Assembly: GCA_963666515.2 (NCBI GenBank)
Contig: OY762897.2
Location: forward strand, 4,384,001-4,448,000
Direction: 5' to 3'
Origin: Candidatus Binatia bacterium
GTDB taxonomy: Bacteria; Desulfobacterota; Binatia; UBA9968; JAJDTQ01
DNA: 64,000 bases
Shown: in pieces, positions 38,201-53,985 of the stretch
Layout of the letters: each line of letters begins with the position of its first letter
How positions within the stretch are numbered: the stretch's first letter is position 1
The notes under the pieces: model-generated
What the model was told of the DNA's origin: nothing
Seen by the model: the letters and a program-made list of their open reading frames with translations, nothing else
Database searches by the model: none
Program-made: the position numbers and the translations under genes

Positions 38201-41200
38201 ATGGCAATCACCAATCACGAACGGGTCGGTAAGGCGATGGACCTCCTCCGGGAAGGTCTTGCGCCCTTTGTCGAGCGGGAGTTGAAGGGCAAGGACGTAA
38301 CCGATGGAGTTCCCGCTTCCACCAAGCCTGTATCCGAGCAGGACGTTGCGGGGCTGCTGAAGCTGATATGGGAAAACTGGCAGTTGGTGTTCCGGAACAT
38401 CCTGGGGAACTCGGAACGGAGCCTCGTATCCGAATTGCGTGGGTGGCGCAACAAGTGGGCGCATCAGGAAAGCATCTCAAGCGACGATGCCTACCGCTCG
38501 CTGGACTCGGCGAGCCGCCTGCTGGCGGCTGTCTCAGCGCCTCAATCGGAAGAACTCGACAAGCTCAAGATGGAGCTTCTGCGCGTCCGTTTCGACGAAC
38601 AGACACGAGGGGAGCGCCGCAAGCAGGTGGGGGCGGCCATCGAGAGCGCCGTGGCGGCCGGGCTCAAGCCGTGGCGCGAGGTGATCACGCCGCACGCGGA
38701 TGTGGCCAGCGGCCGTTATCAGCAAGCCGAGTTTGCCGCCGACCTGTGGCAGGTGCACCTGGGCGAGGGGACCGCCGAGTACAAAGACCCGGTGGAGTTC
38801 TTCCGCCGTACGTATCTGACGGAGAGCCTGAAGCGGCTGCTGGCGAGAGCCGTGCAACGCTTGGCCGGGGAGGGCGGCGACCCCGTGGTGGACCTCCAGA
38901 CCAACTTCGGGGGTGGAAAAACCCATTCCATGCTCGCGCTGTACCACCTGTTCTCCGGTGCGGCCACCAGCGACCTGATGGACGTAGAGCAGATCATGCA
39001 GGACGCCGGTTCGGACCGCCTGCCGTCGGTCACGCGCGTCGTTCTCGTGGGCAACAAGATCTCTCCCGGCAATCCTTCAATCAAACGCGACGGCACGACG
39101 ATCCGGACCTTGTGGGGTGAGTTGGCTTGGCAACTCGGCGGCAAGAGCGCGTTCGAACGGGTCCAGGCCGACGATGAGAGGGCTACCAGTCCGGGCGATG
39201 TCCTGCGGGAGCTTCTCAACGAACACGGCCCTTGCCTGATCCTGATCGATGAGTGGGTCGCCTACGCGCGCCAACTCCACGATCAGAGTGACCTGCCCGC
39301 CGGAAGTTTCGAGACCCAGTTCACCTTCGCCCAGGCCCTGACCGAGGCAGCCAGGGCGGCGGAAAGCTGCCTGCTGGTAATCAGCCTGCCGGCGTCGGAT
39401 TCCGGCGGCTCACCCCATGTGGACGACGCGGAGGTGGGCGGCCAGCGAGGCCGCGAGGCCCTCGACCGGCTGCGCAACGTGGTGGGCCGTGTCGAATCGT
39501 CCTGGCGCCCTGCCAGCGCCGAGGAGGGTTTCGAGATCGTGCGGCGGCGGCTGTTCGAGCCTCTCGTCGATCCGGCGCGGTTCAAGGACCGGGACGTGGT
39601 GGCTCGGGAGTTCGCCGACCTGTACCGAAACCAGCACCAGGAGTTCCCGGTTGAATGCCGCGACGCGGATTACGAGAAGCGCATCCGTGCAGCCTATCCC
39701 ATTCACCCTGAAATCTTCGACCGGCTCTATACGGACTGGTCCACGTTGGTGAGCTTCCAGCGCACCCGTGGCGTCCTGCGGCTGATGGCGGCGGTGATTC
39801 ACAGCCTGTGGGAGAAGGGCGACCGAAACCCGCTCATTCTGCCGGCCAACGTCTCGATCGATGACAACCGGGTGCAGTTCGAACTCACGCGCTACCTGCC
39901 GGACAATTGGGTGCCGATCCTCGAAAAGGACGTCGACGGCCCCAACTCGTTGCCGCTGCGAATCGACGGGCAAACGTCCAGTCTGGGCAAGTTTGCGGCT
40001 GCGCGCCGGGTGGCCCGCACCGTCTATCTTGGCTCGGCTCCCGCGGTGGAGACCGCAAACCGTGGCCTGGAAGACCGCCGCGTCAAGCTGGGCTGCGTTC
40101 TGCCGGGCGAGTCGTCGGCGGTGTTCGGGGATGCCTTGAGACGGTTGGCAGGAGCGGCCACGTACCTCTACCAGGACGGCAATCGTTACTGGTACTCGAC
40201 ACAGCCCACCGTCACCAAGCTGGCCGAAGACCGCGCCGAGCAACTGAGGCGCGAGCCGGACAAGGTCGTCGCGGAGTTGCGGGACCGCCTCGGCGCGGAC
40301 CTGAAGCAACGGGGTGACTTCAGCCGCATTCATCCCTTGCCGCAATCCGGCCAGGACGTGCCGGATGACCGGGACGCACGCCTGGTGGTCCTGGGAAGCG
40401 ATCAGCCGTACAGCCGGGAGGGCGACAATCCGGCACACGCCGCGGCCGCGTCCATTCTCGAATCACGCGGCAACGCGCCCAGGCTGTATCGCAACTCACT
40501 GGTTTTCCTGGCAGCCGACAGGACGCGCCTGCAGGATCTCGACGAGGCGCTACGACGCTATCTGGCGTGGGAATCGATCGTGGCCGAGCGTGAGCAACTC
40601 GACCTGTCACCGCACCAGGTGAAGCAGGCCGAGACGCAAAAGGACGCGGCCTCCAGCGCGGTTACGGCGCGCCTGCCGGAAACCTACCAGTGGCTGTTGG
40701 TGCCGGTACAATCAAGGCCGCAGGATGCGATGGGCTGGCAGGCGATACGGTTGACGGGGCCGGACGCCCTGGCCCTGCGAGCAAGCAAGAGGCTCAAGAA
40801 CGAGGAGCATCTGGTCACGGCCTTGGGCGCCACACGACTTCGGATGGAAATGGAGAGGATACCCTTGTGGCGCGGCGACCACGTGGAGGTCCGGCAGATC
40901 GTCGACGATTTCGCCCGCTACCCCTATCTGCCGCGTCTCAAGGACCCCGATGTCATATTGACGGCCATCGGCGGTGGAATCGGACTCCTGAGTTGGCAAC
41001 AGGATTCATTCGCCTTCGCCGAGAGCTACGACAAGGACACCCAGCGTTATCGTGGCCTCCGAGCCGGCCAGATGATCGCGCTCCCCGACGGCGATTCCCC
41101 CGGCCTGTTGGTAAAGCCGGACGTCGCCCGCCGTCAGCTTGACGCGGAGAGCACCGAGGCAAAGACGCCAACCGGACAGCCAAATGGGGCGGAGACCGCC

Positions 41201-41500
41201 GGCGAAACTACAGCCACTCCCTTTGGGACCGAGCACAAACCACCCGACACACCAGCCTCCGCTCGGCCAAAACGTTTCCACGGCACCGTGTCCCTCGATG
41301 CGATGCGGGCCGGACTCGACGCCAGTCAGATCGCCGACGAAGTCATCTCCCATCTCGTGGGCTTGGTCGGCGCCAAGGTCAAGGTGACGCTGGAGGTCGA
41401 AGCCGAGATTCCCGACGGCGCCCCGGACCATGTCGTCCGCACCGTCACCGAGAACAGCCGCACGCTGAAGTTCACCAGCCAAGGGTTCGAAGAGGAATAG
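38201..41500 (+). CDS. DUF499 AAA+ ATPase with N-terminal Swt1-like HEPN domain (HmaC-like)
   Basis: RNKWAH (Rx4H), EFAADL, TNFGGGKTH Walker A, ILIDE Walker B, YPIHPE, FQRTRGVLR. Confidence 0.9.
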   Translation: MAITNHERVGKAMDLLREGLAPFVERELKGKDVTDGVPASTKPVSEQDVAGLLKLIWENWQLVFRNILGNSERSLVSELRGWRNKWAHQESISSDDAYRSLDSASRLLAAVSAPQSEELDKLKMELLRVRFDEQTRGERRKQVGAAIESAVAAGLKPWREVITPHADVASGRYQQAEFAADLWQVHLGEGTAEYKDPVEFFRRTYLTESLKRLLARAVQRLAGEGGDPVVDLQTNFGGGKTHSMLALYHLFSGAATSDLMDVEQIMQDAGSDRLPSVTRVVLVGNKISPGNPSIKRDGTTIRTLWGELAWQLGGKSAFERVQADDERATSPGDVLRELLNEHGPCLILIDEWVAYARQLHDQSDLPAGSFETQFTFAQALTEAARAAESCLLVISLPASDSGGSPHVDDAEVGGQRGREALDRLRNVVGRVESSWRPASAEEGFEIVRRRLFEPLVDPARFKDRDVVAREFADLYRNQHQEFPVECRDADYEKRIRAAYPIHPEIFDRLYTDWSTLVSFQRTRGVLRLMAAVIHSLWEKGDRNPLILPANVSIDDNRVQFELTRYLPDNWVPILEKDVDGPNSLPLRIDGQTSSLGKFAAARRVARTVYLGSAPAVETANRGLEDRRVKLGCVLPGESSAVFGDALRRLAGAATYLYQDGNRYWYSTQPTVTKLAEDRAEQLRREPDKVVAELRDRLGADLKQRGDFSRIHPLPQSGQDVPDDRDARLVVLGSDQPYSREGDNPAHAAAASILESRGNAPRLYRNSLVFLAADRTRLQDLDEALRRYLAWESIVAEREQLDLSPHQVKQAETQKDAASSAVTARLPETYQWLLVPVQSRPQDAMGWQAIRLTGPDALALRASKRLKNEEHLVTALGATRLRMEMERIPLWRGDHVEVRQIVDDFARYPYLPRLKDPDVILTAIGGGIGLLSWQQDSFAFAESYDKDTQRYRGLRAGQMIALPDGDSPGLLVKPDVARRQLDAESTEAKTPTGQPNGAETAGETTATPFGTEHKPPDTPASARPKRFHGTVSLDAMRAGLDASQIADEVISHLVGLVGAKVKVTLEVEAEIPDGAPDHVVRTVTENSRTLKFTSQGFEEE

Positions 41501-41567
41501 CGGTAGGACGGACCAGCTTGGCACGCTGGATCGCGATGGAAAGTAGGGACGTGTGTGAATAGGGAAT

Positions 41568-41643
41568 TGGTGGAGCCGATGGGGATCGAACCCACGACCT
41601 CTAGATTGCGAACCTAGCGCTCTCCCAGCTGAGCTACGGCCCC
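41568..41643 (-). tRNA. tRNA-Ala(CGC)
   Basis: 76-nt GGGGCCGTAGCTCAG...CTAGG-TTCGCAA-TCTAG...GTTCGATCC...TCCACCA cloverleaf with encoded CCA. Confidence 0.97.
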
Positions 41644-41792
41644 ACGCTGCTTGCAGTCTTTATAAGCTAGCATTCCTCGCTCCGCGTGTAAACGCAAAGC
41701 GCAAGTGAGGACGGTCAGGGGCATCATCCCGGCGGCCGTTCAATGTGCACCCTTGACACGCCACCGGCGAGTTTCGTACGCCTGCCTACACC

Positions 41793-43716
<1,924 letters not shown>

Positions 43717-43763
43717 TCAATGGTTTCGCGCCGGACATGACTTCGGGGCGGATGCCCGCTCAG

Positions 43764-45127
43764 TCATGCCTCCAGTGCTCCCGTTACGCTGTCGATGGAG
43801 TCCCGCACCACCTCCACCAGGGTCGCCAGCTCGGCGTCGCTGATGGTCAGGGGGGGCAGCATGATGAGTGTGTCGCCCAGCGGACGGACGATGACGCCCC
43901 GGCGCCGGGCTTCCAGCACGACCTGGTTGGCGATCCGTATGCCCGGGTCGTAGCGTTCCCCGCGCGCCTTGTCCTTCACCAGCTCCGTGCCGGTCATGAA
44001 GCCGCGCTGGCGGATCTCGCGCACGTGGGGCAGGGTGAGGATGTCCTGCCGGAGCCTTTCCTCCAGCCACGCCATCTTCGCGGGAACCTTCTCCATCAGC
44101 GCCTCGCGCTCGAAGATGTCGAGCCCGGCCAGCGCCACCGCGCAGCCCAGGGGGTTGCCGGTGTAGGTGTGGCCGTGGAAGAAGCTCTTGAACTCGCCGT
44201 ACTCGCCCAGGAACGCCGAGAAGATCTCCTCGGTGGCGAAGGTGGCGGCCAGCGGCAGGTAGCCGCCGGTGATGCCCTTGCCCACGCACATGAGGTCCGG
44301 GCTGACGCCCTCGTGCTCGCAGGCCCACATACGCCCGGTGTGGCCGAACCCCGTGGCCACCTCGTCCGCGATGAACAGGACGCCGTTGTCCTTGCAAACG
44401 TCCCGGATCGCCCTGACGTAGCCGGCGGGCTGGGGCCACATGCCCGCGGCCCCCTGCATGACCGGTTCCATGATGAAGGCCGCCAGCCGGCCCTTCTCCC
44501 GGCCGACCGTTGTGCGCGCCTCCGCAACGGAACGCTCCATGGCCTCGGCTTCGCTCAGGCCCTGCTCCCGCTGGTAGGCGTAGGGCGGCTTCACCGACAG
44601 CGCGGGAAACAGCATGGTCCGGTGGTAGTGGTGGAACAGCTCGCTGTAGCCCACGCTCATGGCCCCTACGGTGTCCCCGTGATACGACTCCTCCAGCCGC
44701 GCAAACAGCGTCCTCTCGGTCCGGCCCAGGAGCTGCCAGTATTGCACCGCCAGCTTGAGCGCCACCTCCACCGCGGTGGCGCCGCTGTCCGAGTAGAACA
44801 CGCGGGTGAGACCCTCCGGGACGAGGGCCGTGAGCCGGGCGGCCAGTTCGATGCCCGGCACGTGGCTGAGCCCCAGGAAGGTCGAGTGGGCGATGCGGTC
44901 GGTCTGGGCCTTGAGAGCCTGGTCCAGCTCCGGGCGGCGGTGGCCGAACAGGTTGCACCACAGCGACGACACCCCGTCCAGGTAGCGGTTGCCGTCCACG
45001 TCGATGAGGTAGCTGCCCTCGCCCTCGGCGATGATGCAGGGGTCTTCGCTCATCCACTCCTGCATCTGGGTGAAGGGGTGCCACAGGTGCGTGTGGTCCA
45101 TGCGCTTGAGGGTGTCGTATTCGTTGC

Positions 45128-45131
<4 letters not shown>
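43764..45131 (-). CDS. bioA: Adenosylmethionine-8-amino-7-oxononanoate transaminase
   Basis: LWHPFTQM, SSLWCN, YHGDT, DEVATGFG, GKGITGGYLP, FHGHTYTGNP. Confidence 0.95.
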
Positions 45132-46306
<1,175 letters not shown>

Positions 46307-46308
46307 TC

Positions 46309-47052
46309 TCACTCGCCGACGGTGAGCGAGCGTCCGTTGAGGGGCTGGGCCGGGCGGTAGCTGTTGCGCAAGATGCCGCCGTACCTGGCGATCTGCGCCG
46401 CCGACACCGCAACCGGCTCGGTCATGACCACCCATGAAACACCCTGGGAGCAGGGCGGCGTGGTCAGCGATCCTCGATAGCGCCACGCCGTCCGCCTTTC
46501 GGGCAACAGCTCGGTTGCGTCGATGCTGGCCGGGATCGCCTTGGCCGGGGCCGGTCTGGCCGGCAGGCGGCGCCACAGAGGCGCCAGGACGAGGTTCTCG
46601 CGGCCCTCCTCCAGGAACACCCCCACCACCGCGAGCGCGCCTTCGTCGTTCCGGTGCACCAGGTGCAGCTCCATCGGCAGGCGGACGCCGGCCACGGTAT
46701 GCTCGCTGCCGTGGTGGAAATGGAACTGGAGCAGCTCGTAGCGGACGCCGTCGAGGATCATGCCGCTCCCCGGAGCATAGTTTACCTGAACCGCATGTCC
46801 GTTGTTGAGAAGAGTGATGGGACTCGGCGCGTAGTCGAACTCGATGCGTCCCTGTTGGCGCGTCTCCGCGTCAACCAGGTCGATGGGCGACTGTTCGAGT
46901 CCCTTGGCGCAATCGGAGAACGCGGGGTCGAGCGACCCCCAGTGCGCCGGACCCCTGTCCCCCTCGTAGCTCCACGGAATCGAATCCGAAGCGGCCGCGC
47001 CCGAAAACATGGCCGTGCACAGCGCCAGGGGCAACGCGGCGGGTACTTTCAT
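46309..47052 (-). CDS. Alpha-class carbonic anhydrase, secreted
   Basis: Signal peptide, WSYEG, QSPID, QFHFH..SEH, ELHLVH, GSLTTPPC; AAGGAAGG SD. Confidence 0.92.
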   Translation of the reverse strand: MKVPAALPLALCTAMFSGAAASDSIPWSYEGDRGPAHWGSLDPAFSDCAKGLEQSPIDLVDAETRQQGRIEFDYAPSPITLLNNGHAVQVNYAPGSGMILDGVRYELLQFHFHHGSEHTVAGVRLPMELHLVHRNDEGALAVVGVFLEEGRENLVLAPLWRRLPARPAPAKAIPASIDATELLPERRTAWRYRGSLTTPPCSQGVSWVVMTEPVAVSAAQIARYGGILRNSYRPAQPLNGRSLTVGE

Positions 47053-47262
47053 GTCACCTTCCTTCCGTGGGGCCGGTGCGCGGCGCGCCTCCGTGCCTTG
47101 GGTGAAATGCAGGGCTTTCCATAACGCGCGAATCCGGTGCCGGTCAAGCGAGCGGCCCGCAAGGGGTACGCAACGGTTGGGACACGCCCTGCGGGCCGCG
47201 TTGACTTTGGCGATTCCGTACCTAGATTTTGTTAAGGCTCCCCGCGGGAACCGGGAGGAATC

Positions 47263-49887
<2,625 letters not shown>

Positions 49888-49898
49888 CCGGCCTTGAT

Positions 49899-49927
49899 TT
49901 GCAATGGCCGCGGAGGCTGGCTAGAAT
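49899..49927 (+). promoter_or_regulatory. Putative promoter TTGCAA-N17-TAGAAT, 6 nt before hisC ATG
   Basis: Spacing; no SD. Confidence 0.55.
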
Positions 49928-49933
49928 CTCCCA

Positions 49934-51013
49934 ATGCAGTCCCTTCTGAGAAAAAACATCGAAGATCTGGAAGGTTACACGCCGGGAGAGCAGCCCAAGC
50001 GGGCCGACCTCATCAAGCTCAACACCAACGAGAACCCCTATCCGCCGTCTCCGCGGGTGTCGGCCGCGGTCCGCAAGGAACTCACGTCGGCCCTGCGCCT
50101 CTACCCCGATCCCGTGGCCTTGGAACTGCGTCAGCGCGCGGCCGTCCTCTACAACGTCCGGCCGGAGAACGTCATGGCGGGCAACGGTTCGGACGAGTTG
50201 CTGTCCATCCTCATGCGCTGCTACGTAGGCGAGGAAGACACCGTCGCCTATCCGGTCCCTACCTACAGCCTGTACGAGACTCTGATCGCCATACAGGGCG
50301 GGCAGAGCCTGACGGTTCCGTATCCCGACGACTTCACCGTCCCGGCGCCGCTCTACTCCCAGTCAAGCAAGGTGACGATCCTGTGCAACCCCAACGCCCC
50401 TTCGGGCACGCTGGAGCGGGTGAGCGAGATCGCCCGCCTGGCGCGTTCGGTGGCCGGGCTCCTGATCGTGGACGAGGCCTACATCGACTTCGCCGACACC
50501 GACGAGAGCGCCATCGCGCTGGTCAACCGCTTCCCCAACCTGGTGGTGCTGCGCACCTTCTCCAAGGCCTTCTCGCTGGCCGGCATGCGCGTCGGGCTGG
50601 CCTTCGGCAGCGAGGACATCGTGCGCAACCTGCTCAAGGTCAAGGACTCCTACAACCTGTGCCGCCTGAGCCTCGCCGCGGCAGTAGCGGCGCTGGAGGA
50701 CGTGGAGTGGATGCGGCGGAACGTCGGGCGGATTCAGCGCACCCGCAAGACGCTGATCCGGGGTCTGCGCAAGCTGGGCTTCGAGGTACAACCGTCCCAG
50801 GCCAACTTCGTGATGGCGCGGCTGGGCGCGGACAATATCCGGTGGCTGCACGACGGGCTCCGGGACCGGGGCATCCTGGTGCGCTTCTTCGACACCCCCG
50901 AGCTTCGGAACATGATCCGGGTGACGGTGGGAACACCCCAGGAGATCCGGGCGCTGCTCACGGAGACGGAGGCCCTTCTCCAGGGCCGCGGCCTGATACG
51001 GAAGGCGTCGTAG
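49934..51013 (+). CDS. hisC: Histidinol-phosphate aminotransferase
   Basis: KLNTNENP, GNGSDE, CNPNAP, DEAY, RTFSKAFSLAGMRVG. Confidence 0.93.
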   Translation: MQSLLRKNIEDLEGYTPGEQPKRADLIKLNTNENPYPPSPRVSAAVRKELTSALRLYPDPVALELRQRAAVLYNVRPENVMAGNGSDELLSILMRCYVGEEDTVAYPVPTYSLYETLIAIQGGQSLTVPYPDDFTVPAPLYSQSSKVTILCNPNAPSGTLERVSEIARLARSVAGLLIVDEAYIDFADTDESAIALVNRFPNLVVLRTFSKAFSLAGMRVGLAFGSEDIVRNLLKVKDSYNLCRLSLAAAVAALEDVEWMRRNVGRIQRTRKTLIRGLRKLGFEVQPSQANFVMARLGADNIRWLHDGLRDRGILVRFFDTPELRNMIRVTVGTPQEIRALLTETEALLQGRGLIRKAS

Positions 51014-51022
51014 CGCCGAGCC

Positions 51023-52345
51023 CTACACCGCGGCGTTCAGGCGCCGGTTCTCCTCCACCCGTATCTTCACGATCCTGCGTCCCTCCACGTCGACGATGGT
51101 GAGCCGGTGGCCGTCGGTCTCGATCTTCTCGCCGCCGCGGGGAATCCGTTTCAGCTTGGCCAGCACGAAGCCCGCCAGGGTGTGGTAGTCCACCGACTCC
51201 TCGAAGGGCAGGTCGTAATCCGACTGGAGGTCCTTGAGCGGGGCGGAGCCCGACACCACCAGCGAGCCGTCGGGCAGGCGCTCCACCGGGCCGCGCTCCT
51301 CGGCGTCGTACTCGTCGCGGATCTCGCCGACGATCTCCTCGATGATGTCCTCCAGGCTCGCCAGCCCTTCCACCTCGCCGTACTCGTTCACCACCAGGGC
51401 CAGGGCCATGCGGCGCCGTTGCAGGTCCTTCAGGAGCTGGCTGATGGGCAGCGAGCTGGGCACGAAGAAGGGCGGGTGCAGCATGTTTGGCAGGTCGATG
51501 GGCTCGTTGGCCTGCATCGCCCGCAGGATGTCCTTGTTGTAGACGATGCCCAGGATCTGATCCAGGTCGTTCTCGTACACCGGCAGGCGGGAGAAGCCGC
51601 TCTCGACGAAGTTCCGCAGGATGTCGGCCGGCTCGGTTCCCACGTCGATGGCGTGTATCTCGGTCCGGGAGATCATCACCGCCCGCACCGGCGTGTCCAC
51701 GAAGTCGAAGACGCTGTGGATCAGCTCCTTCTCGGTCTCGTCGAAGATCCCCTTGGCGGTGCCTTCCCGGATGAGCGACTTGACCTCTTCCTCGGAGATG
51801 AAGCTGGCGGTGCCGGTCTCCTTGCCGCCGAAGACCCGCAGCACCGCGTTGCTGGAGCGGGTCAGTATCTGCACCAGGAAGGACGTGCTCCTGGAGATGG
51901 CGTCGATGGGCAGCGCCACGAAGAACGCGATGCGCTCGGAATAGCGCAGCGCCAGGGACTTGGGCACCAACTCGCCCAGGACCAGGCTCAGGTAGGCGAT
52001 GGGCAGCACCACGACAAGGATGGCGGCGTAGTTGCCCCAGGTCTCGGCGTAGGGGATCGGCAGCGACTGGAGCTGAGGCTTCAGGAGCTGGATGGCCCCG
52101 GCGCCTCCGATGGCGGAGGCCAGGGTGCCGACGAAGGTGATGCCGATCTGGACCGTGGCCAGAAACCGGTCGGGCTCCTCCTTGAGCCGGCCCAGGGCCG
52201 CGGCCGAGCGAGAGCCGCGGCCGTGCACCTGGTCGATACGCGTCCTGCGCGTGGCTATCACGGCGATCTCCGCGGCCGCGAAGAAGCCGTTGGCCAGGAT
52301 CAACAAGAGTATGACGGCTCCACCGAGCCATAAGCTGTCCAACAT
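51023..52345 (-). CDS. HlyC/CorC (CNNM, DUF21-CBS-CorC) family transporter
   Basis: NGFFAAAEIA, FLATVQIGIT, GELVPK, CBS pair, EDIIEEIVGEIRDE; TTG start. Confidence 0.92.
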   Translation of the reverse strand: MLDSLWLGGAVILLLILANGFFAAAEIAVIATRRTRIDQVHGRGSRSAAALGRLKEEPDRFLATVQIGITFVGTLASAIGGAGAIQLLKPQLQSLPIPYAETWGNYAAILVVVLPIAYLSLVLGELVPKSLALRYSERIAFFVALPIDAISRSTSFLVQILTRSSNAVLRVFGGKETGTASFISEEEVKSLIREGTAKGIFDETEKELIHSVFDFVDTPVRAVMISRTEIHAIDVGTEPADILRNFVESGFSRLPVYENDLDQILGIVYNKDILRAMQANEPIDLPNMLHPPFFVPSSLPISQLLKDLQRRRMALALVVNEYGEVEGLASLEDIIEEIVGEIRDEYDAEERGPVERLPDGSLVVSGSAPLKDLQSDYDLPFEESVDYHTLAGFVLAKLKRIPRGGEKIETDGHRLTIVDVEGRRIVKIRVEENRRLNAAV

Positions 52346-52449
52346 TGAATCGATCTCCCGTCCGGAATGCCGGGACGCAGAAAGGCACTGAGGAATCCCG
52401 CTCCCGGACGAGCCGGGCGCGGAAAATTCCCGCGGACGTTCAGGTCAGT

Positions 52450-52572
52450 CTAGGGGCACATGGGTCCCGGTGGAGCAGGTGATACTTGGAGGATGGCTGG
52501 CAGGACGATGGGAGCCTTCAGGAGCGAAATGCGCGACGGAGGCTTACTGTCGTCTTGAGGGTCATCTGACAT
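52450..52572 (-). CDS. Putative 40-aa proline-rich leader peptide
   Basis: AAGGAG-N7-ATG; MSDDPQDDSKPPSRISLLKAPIVLPAILQVSPAPPGPMCP*; below the ORF-track cutoff. Confidence 0.4.
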   Translation of the reverse strand: MSDDPQDDSKPPSRISLLKAPIVLPAILQVSPAPPGPMCP

Positions 52573-52740
52573 CGATGGACTCCTTGTCTCCGCTACGCCG
52601 GAGACGGGCGTTGGACTGCGGCCCGACTCGGGCCACGAGAAATTTCCTTCATCTGCCGAGAAAATGCAAGACCCTGGATGCCCGCGTTTCGAAGCACCGG
52701 GCTTCCCGGCGTCTGGTTGACCTGAACACCCTTATCCGTT

Positions 52741-53985
52741 ATGCAAACCCTTTTGAGCGTTTGGCCAATGACGACGCGCCGAGTCCCACGACTGCTGCAG
52801 GAACGTCTTGACGGCGGGACCTTAGCGCCGGGCGACGCCCTTCTGCTGTCCAGTGTCGAGGGAGATGAGTTCACGGCGCTGCTTCGAGCGGCCGCGGCAT
52901 TGCGCGACCGCCACAAGGGCCGCACCGTCACCTTCTCCCCCAAGGTCTTCATTCCGCTGACCAATCTCTGCCGCGACTTCTGCGGCTACTGCACGTTCCG
53001 CAAGGCGCCCGGCGAGGACGGCGCCCGCACCATGACCCTGGAAGAGGTGCTGGAGACGGTACGGCGGGCCGGGTCGATGGGATGCACCGAGGTGCTGTTC
53101 AGCTTGGGAGACAAGCCGGAGGCCATCTACCCCGAGATGCGGGAGTTCCTGGGGCAGCGCGGTTATCGCAGGACGCTGGAGTACCTGTACGACGCCTGCC
53201 GTGTCGTGCTGGAGGAGACCGGGCTGCTGCCCCACGCCAACCCCGGGCTCATGGCCCGCGCGGACCTGGAGCGGCTCAGGCGGGTCAACGTGAGCATGGG
53301 GCTCATGCTGGAGAACGTGAGCGACCGCCTCATGGAGCCCGGCGGGCCGCATGCCGATGCTCCGGACAAGAAGCCGGCGGCGCGGCTGCGGACCCTGGCG
53401 GAGGCGGGCCGGTTGGACATCCCTTTCACCACCGGGATACTCATCGGCATCGGCGAGACATGGGAGGAGCGCATCGCATCGCTGTACGCCATCCGCGAGC
53501 TGCACGAGCGCTACGGCCACATCCAGGAAGTGATCGTGCAGAACTTCCGGGTGAAGCCGGAAATTCCCATGAGCGGGCACCCGGATGCGGACTACGCCGA
53601 GGAGGCCCGGACCATCGCGCTGGCGCGGCTGATCCTGGGCGGCGACATGAACGTCCAGGCGCCGCCCAACCTCACGCCGGAATGCTACGAGTGGTATCTG
53701 AACGCGGGCATCAACGACTGGGGCGGGGTGTCGCCCGTGACCCGCGACTTCATCAACCCCGAGGCGCCCTGGCCCGAGCTGGTGGAGCTGGCGGAGCGGA
53801 CCGAGGCCGCGGGTTTCACGTTGAAGCCGCGGCTCCCCATCTATCCCGAGTACATCGCACGGGCGGAGCGGTTCATCGCGCCCGAGCTGATTCCCTACGT
53901 AGAGCGGCTGTGCGGCGAGGACGGCCTGGTGTCAAGTGCGGCTGGAGGAAATCATGAGCCACATCGAAGCGATGTTCGACTATGA
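52741..53985 (+). CDS. cofG: FO synthase subunit CofG (radical SAM)
   Basis: VFIPLTNLCRDFCGYCTF, LPHANPG, SMGLMLE, QAPPNL, DWGGVSP; start may be 52768. Confidence 0.93.
   Translation: MQTLLSVWPMTTRRVPRLLQERLDGGTLAPGDALLLSSVEGDEFTALLRAAAALRDRHKGRTVTFSPKVFIPLTNLCRDFCGYCTFRKAPGEDGARTMTLEEVLETVRRAGSMGCTEVLFSLGDKPEAIYPEMREFLGQRGYRRTLEYLYDACRVVLEETGLLPHANPGLMARADLERLRRVNVSMGLMLENVSDRLMEPGGPHADAPDKKPAARLRTLAEAGRLDIPFTTGILIGIGETWEERIASLYAIRELHERYGHIQEVIVQNFRVKPEIPMSGHPDADYAEEARTIALARLILGGDMNVQAPPNLTPECYEWYLNAGINDWGGVSPVTRDFINPEAPWPELVELAERTEAAGFTLKPRLPIYPEYIARAERFIAPELIPYVERLCGEDGLVSSAAGGNHEPHRSDVRL

Noticed and set aside
52400-52640. Known riboswitch (M-box, yybP-ykoY, fluoride) upstream of the CorC gene
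   Set aside because: No consensus recognised by eye; an Rfam/Infernal scan would be needed to exclude one
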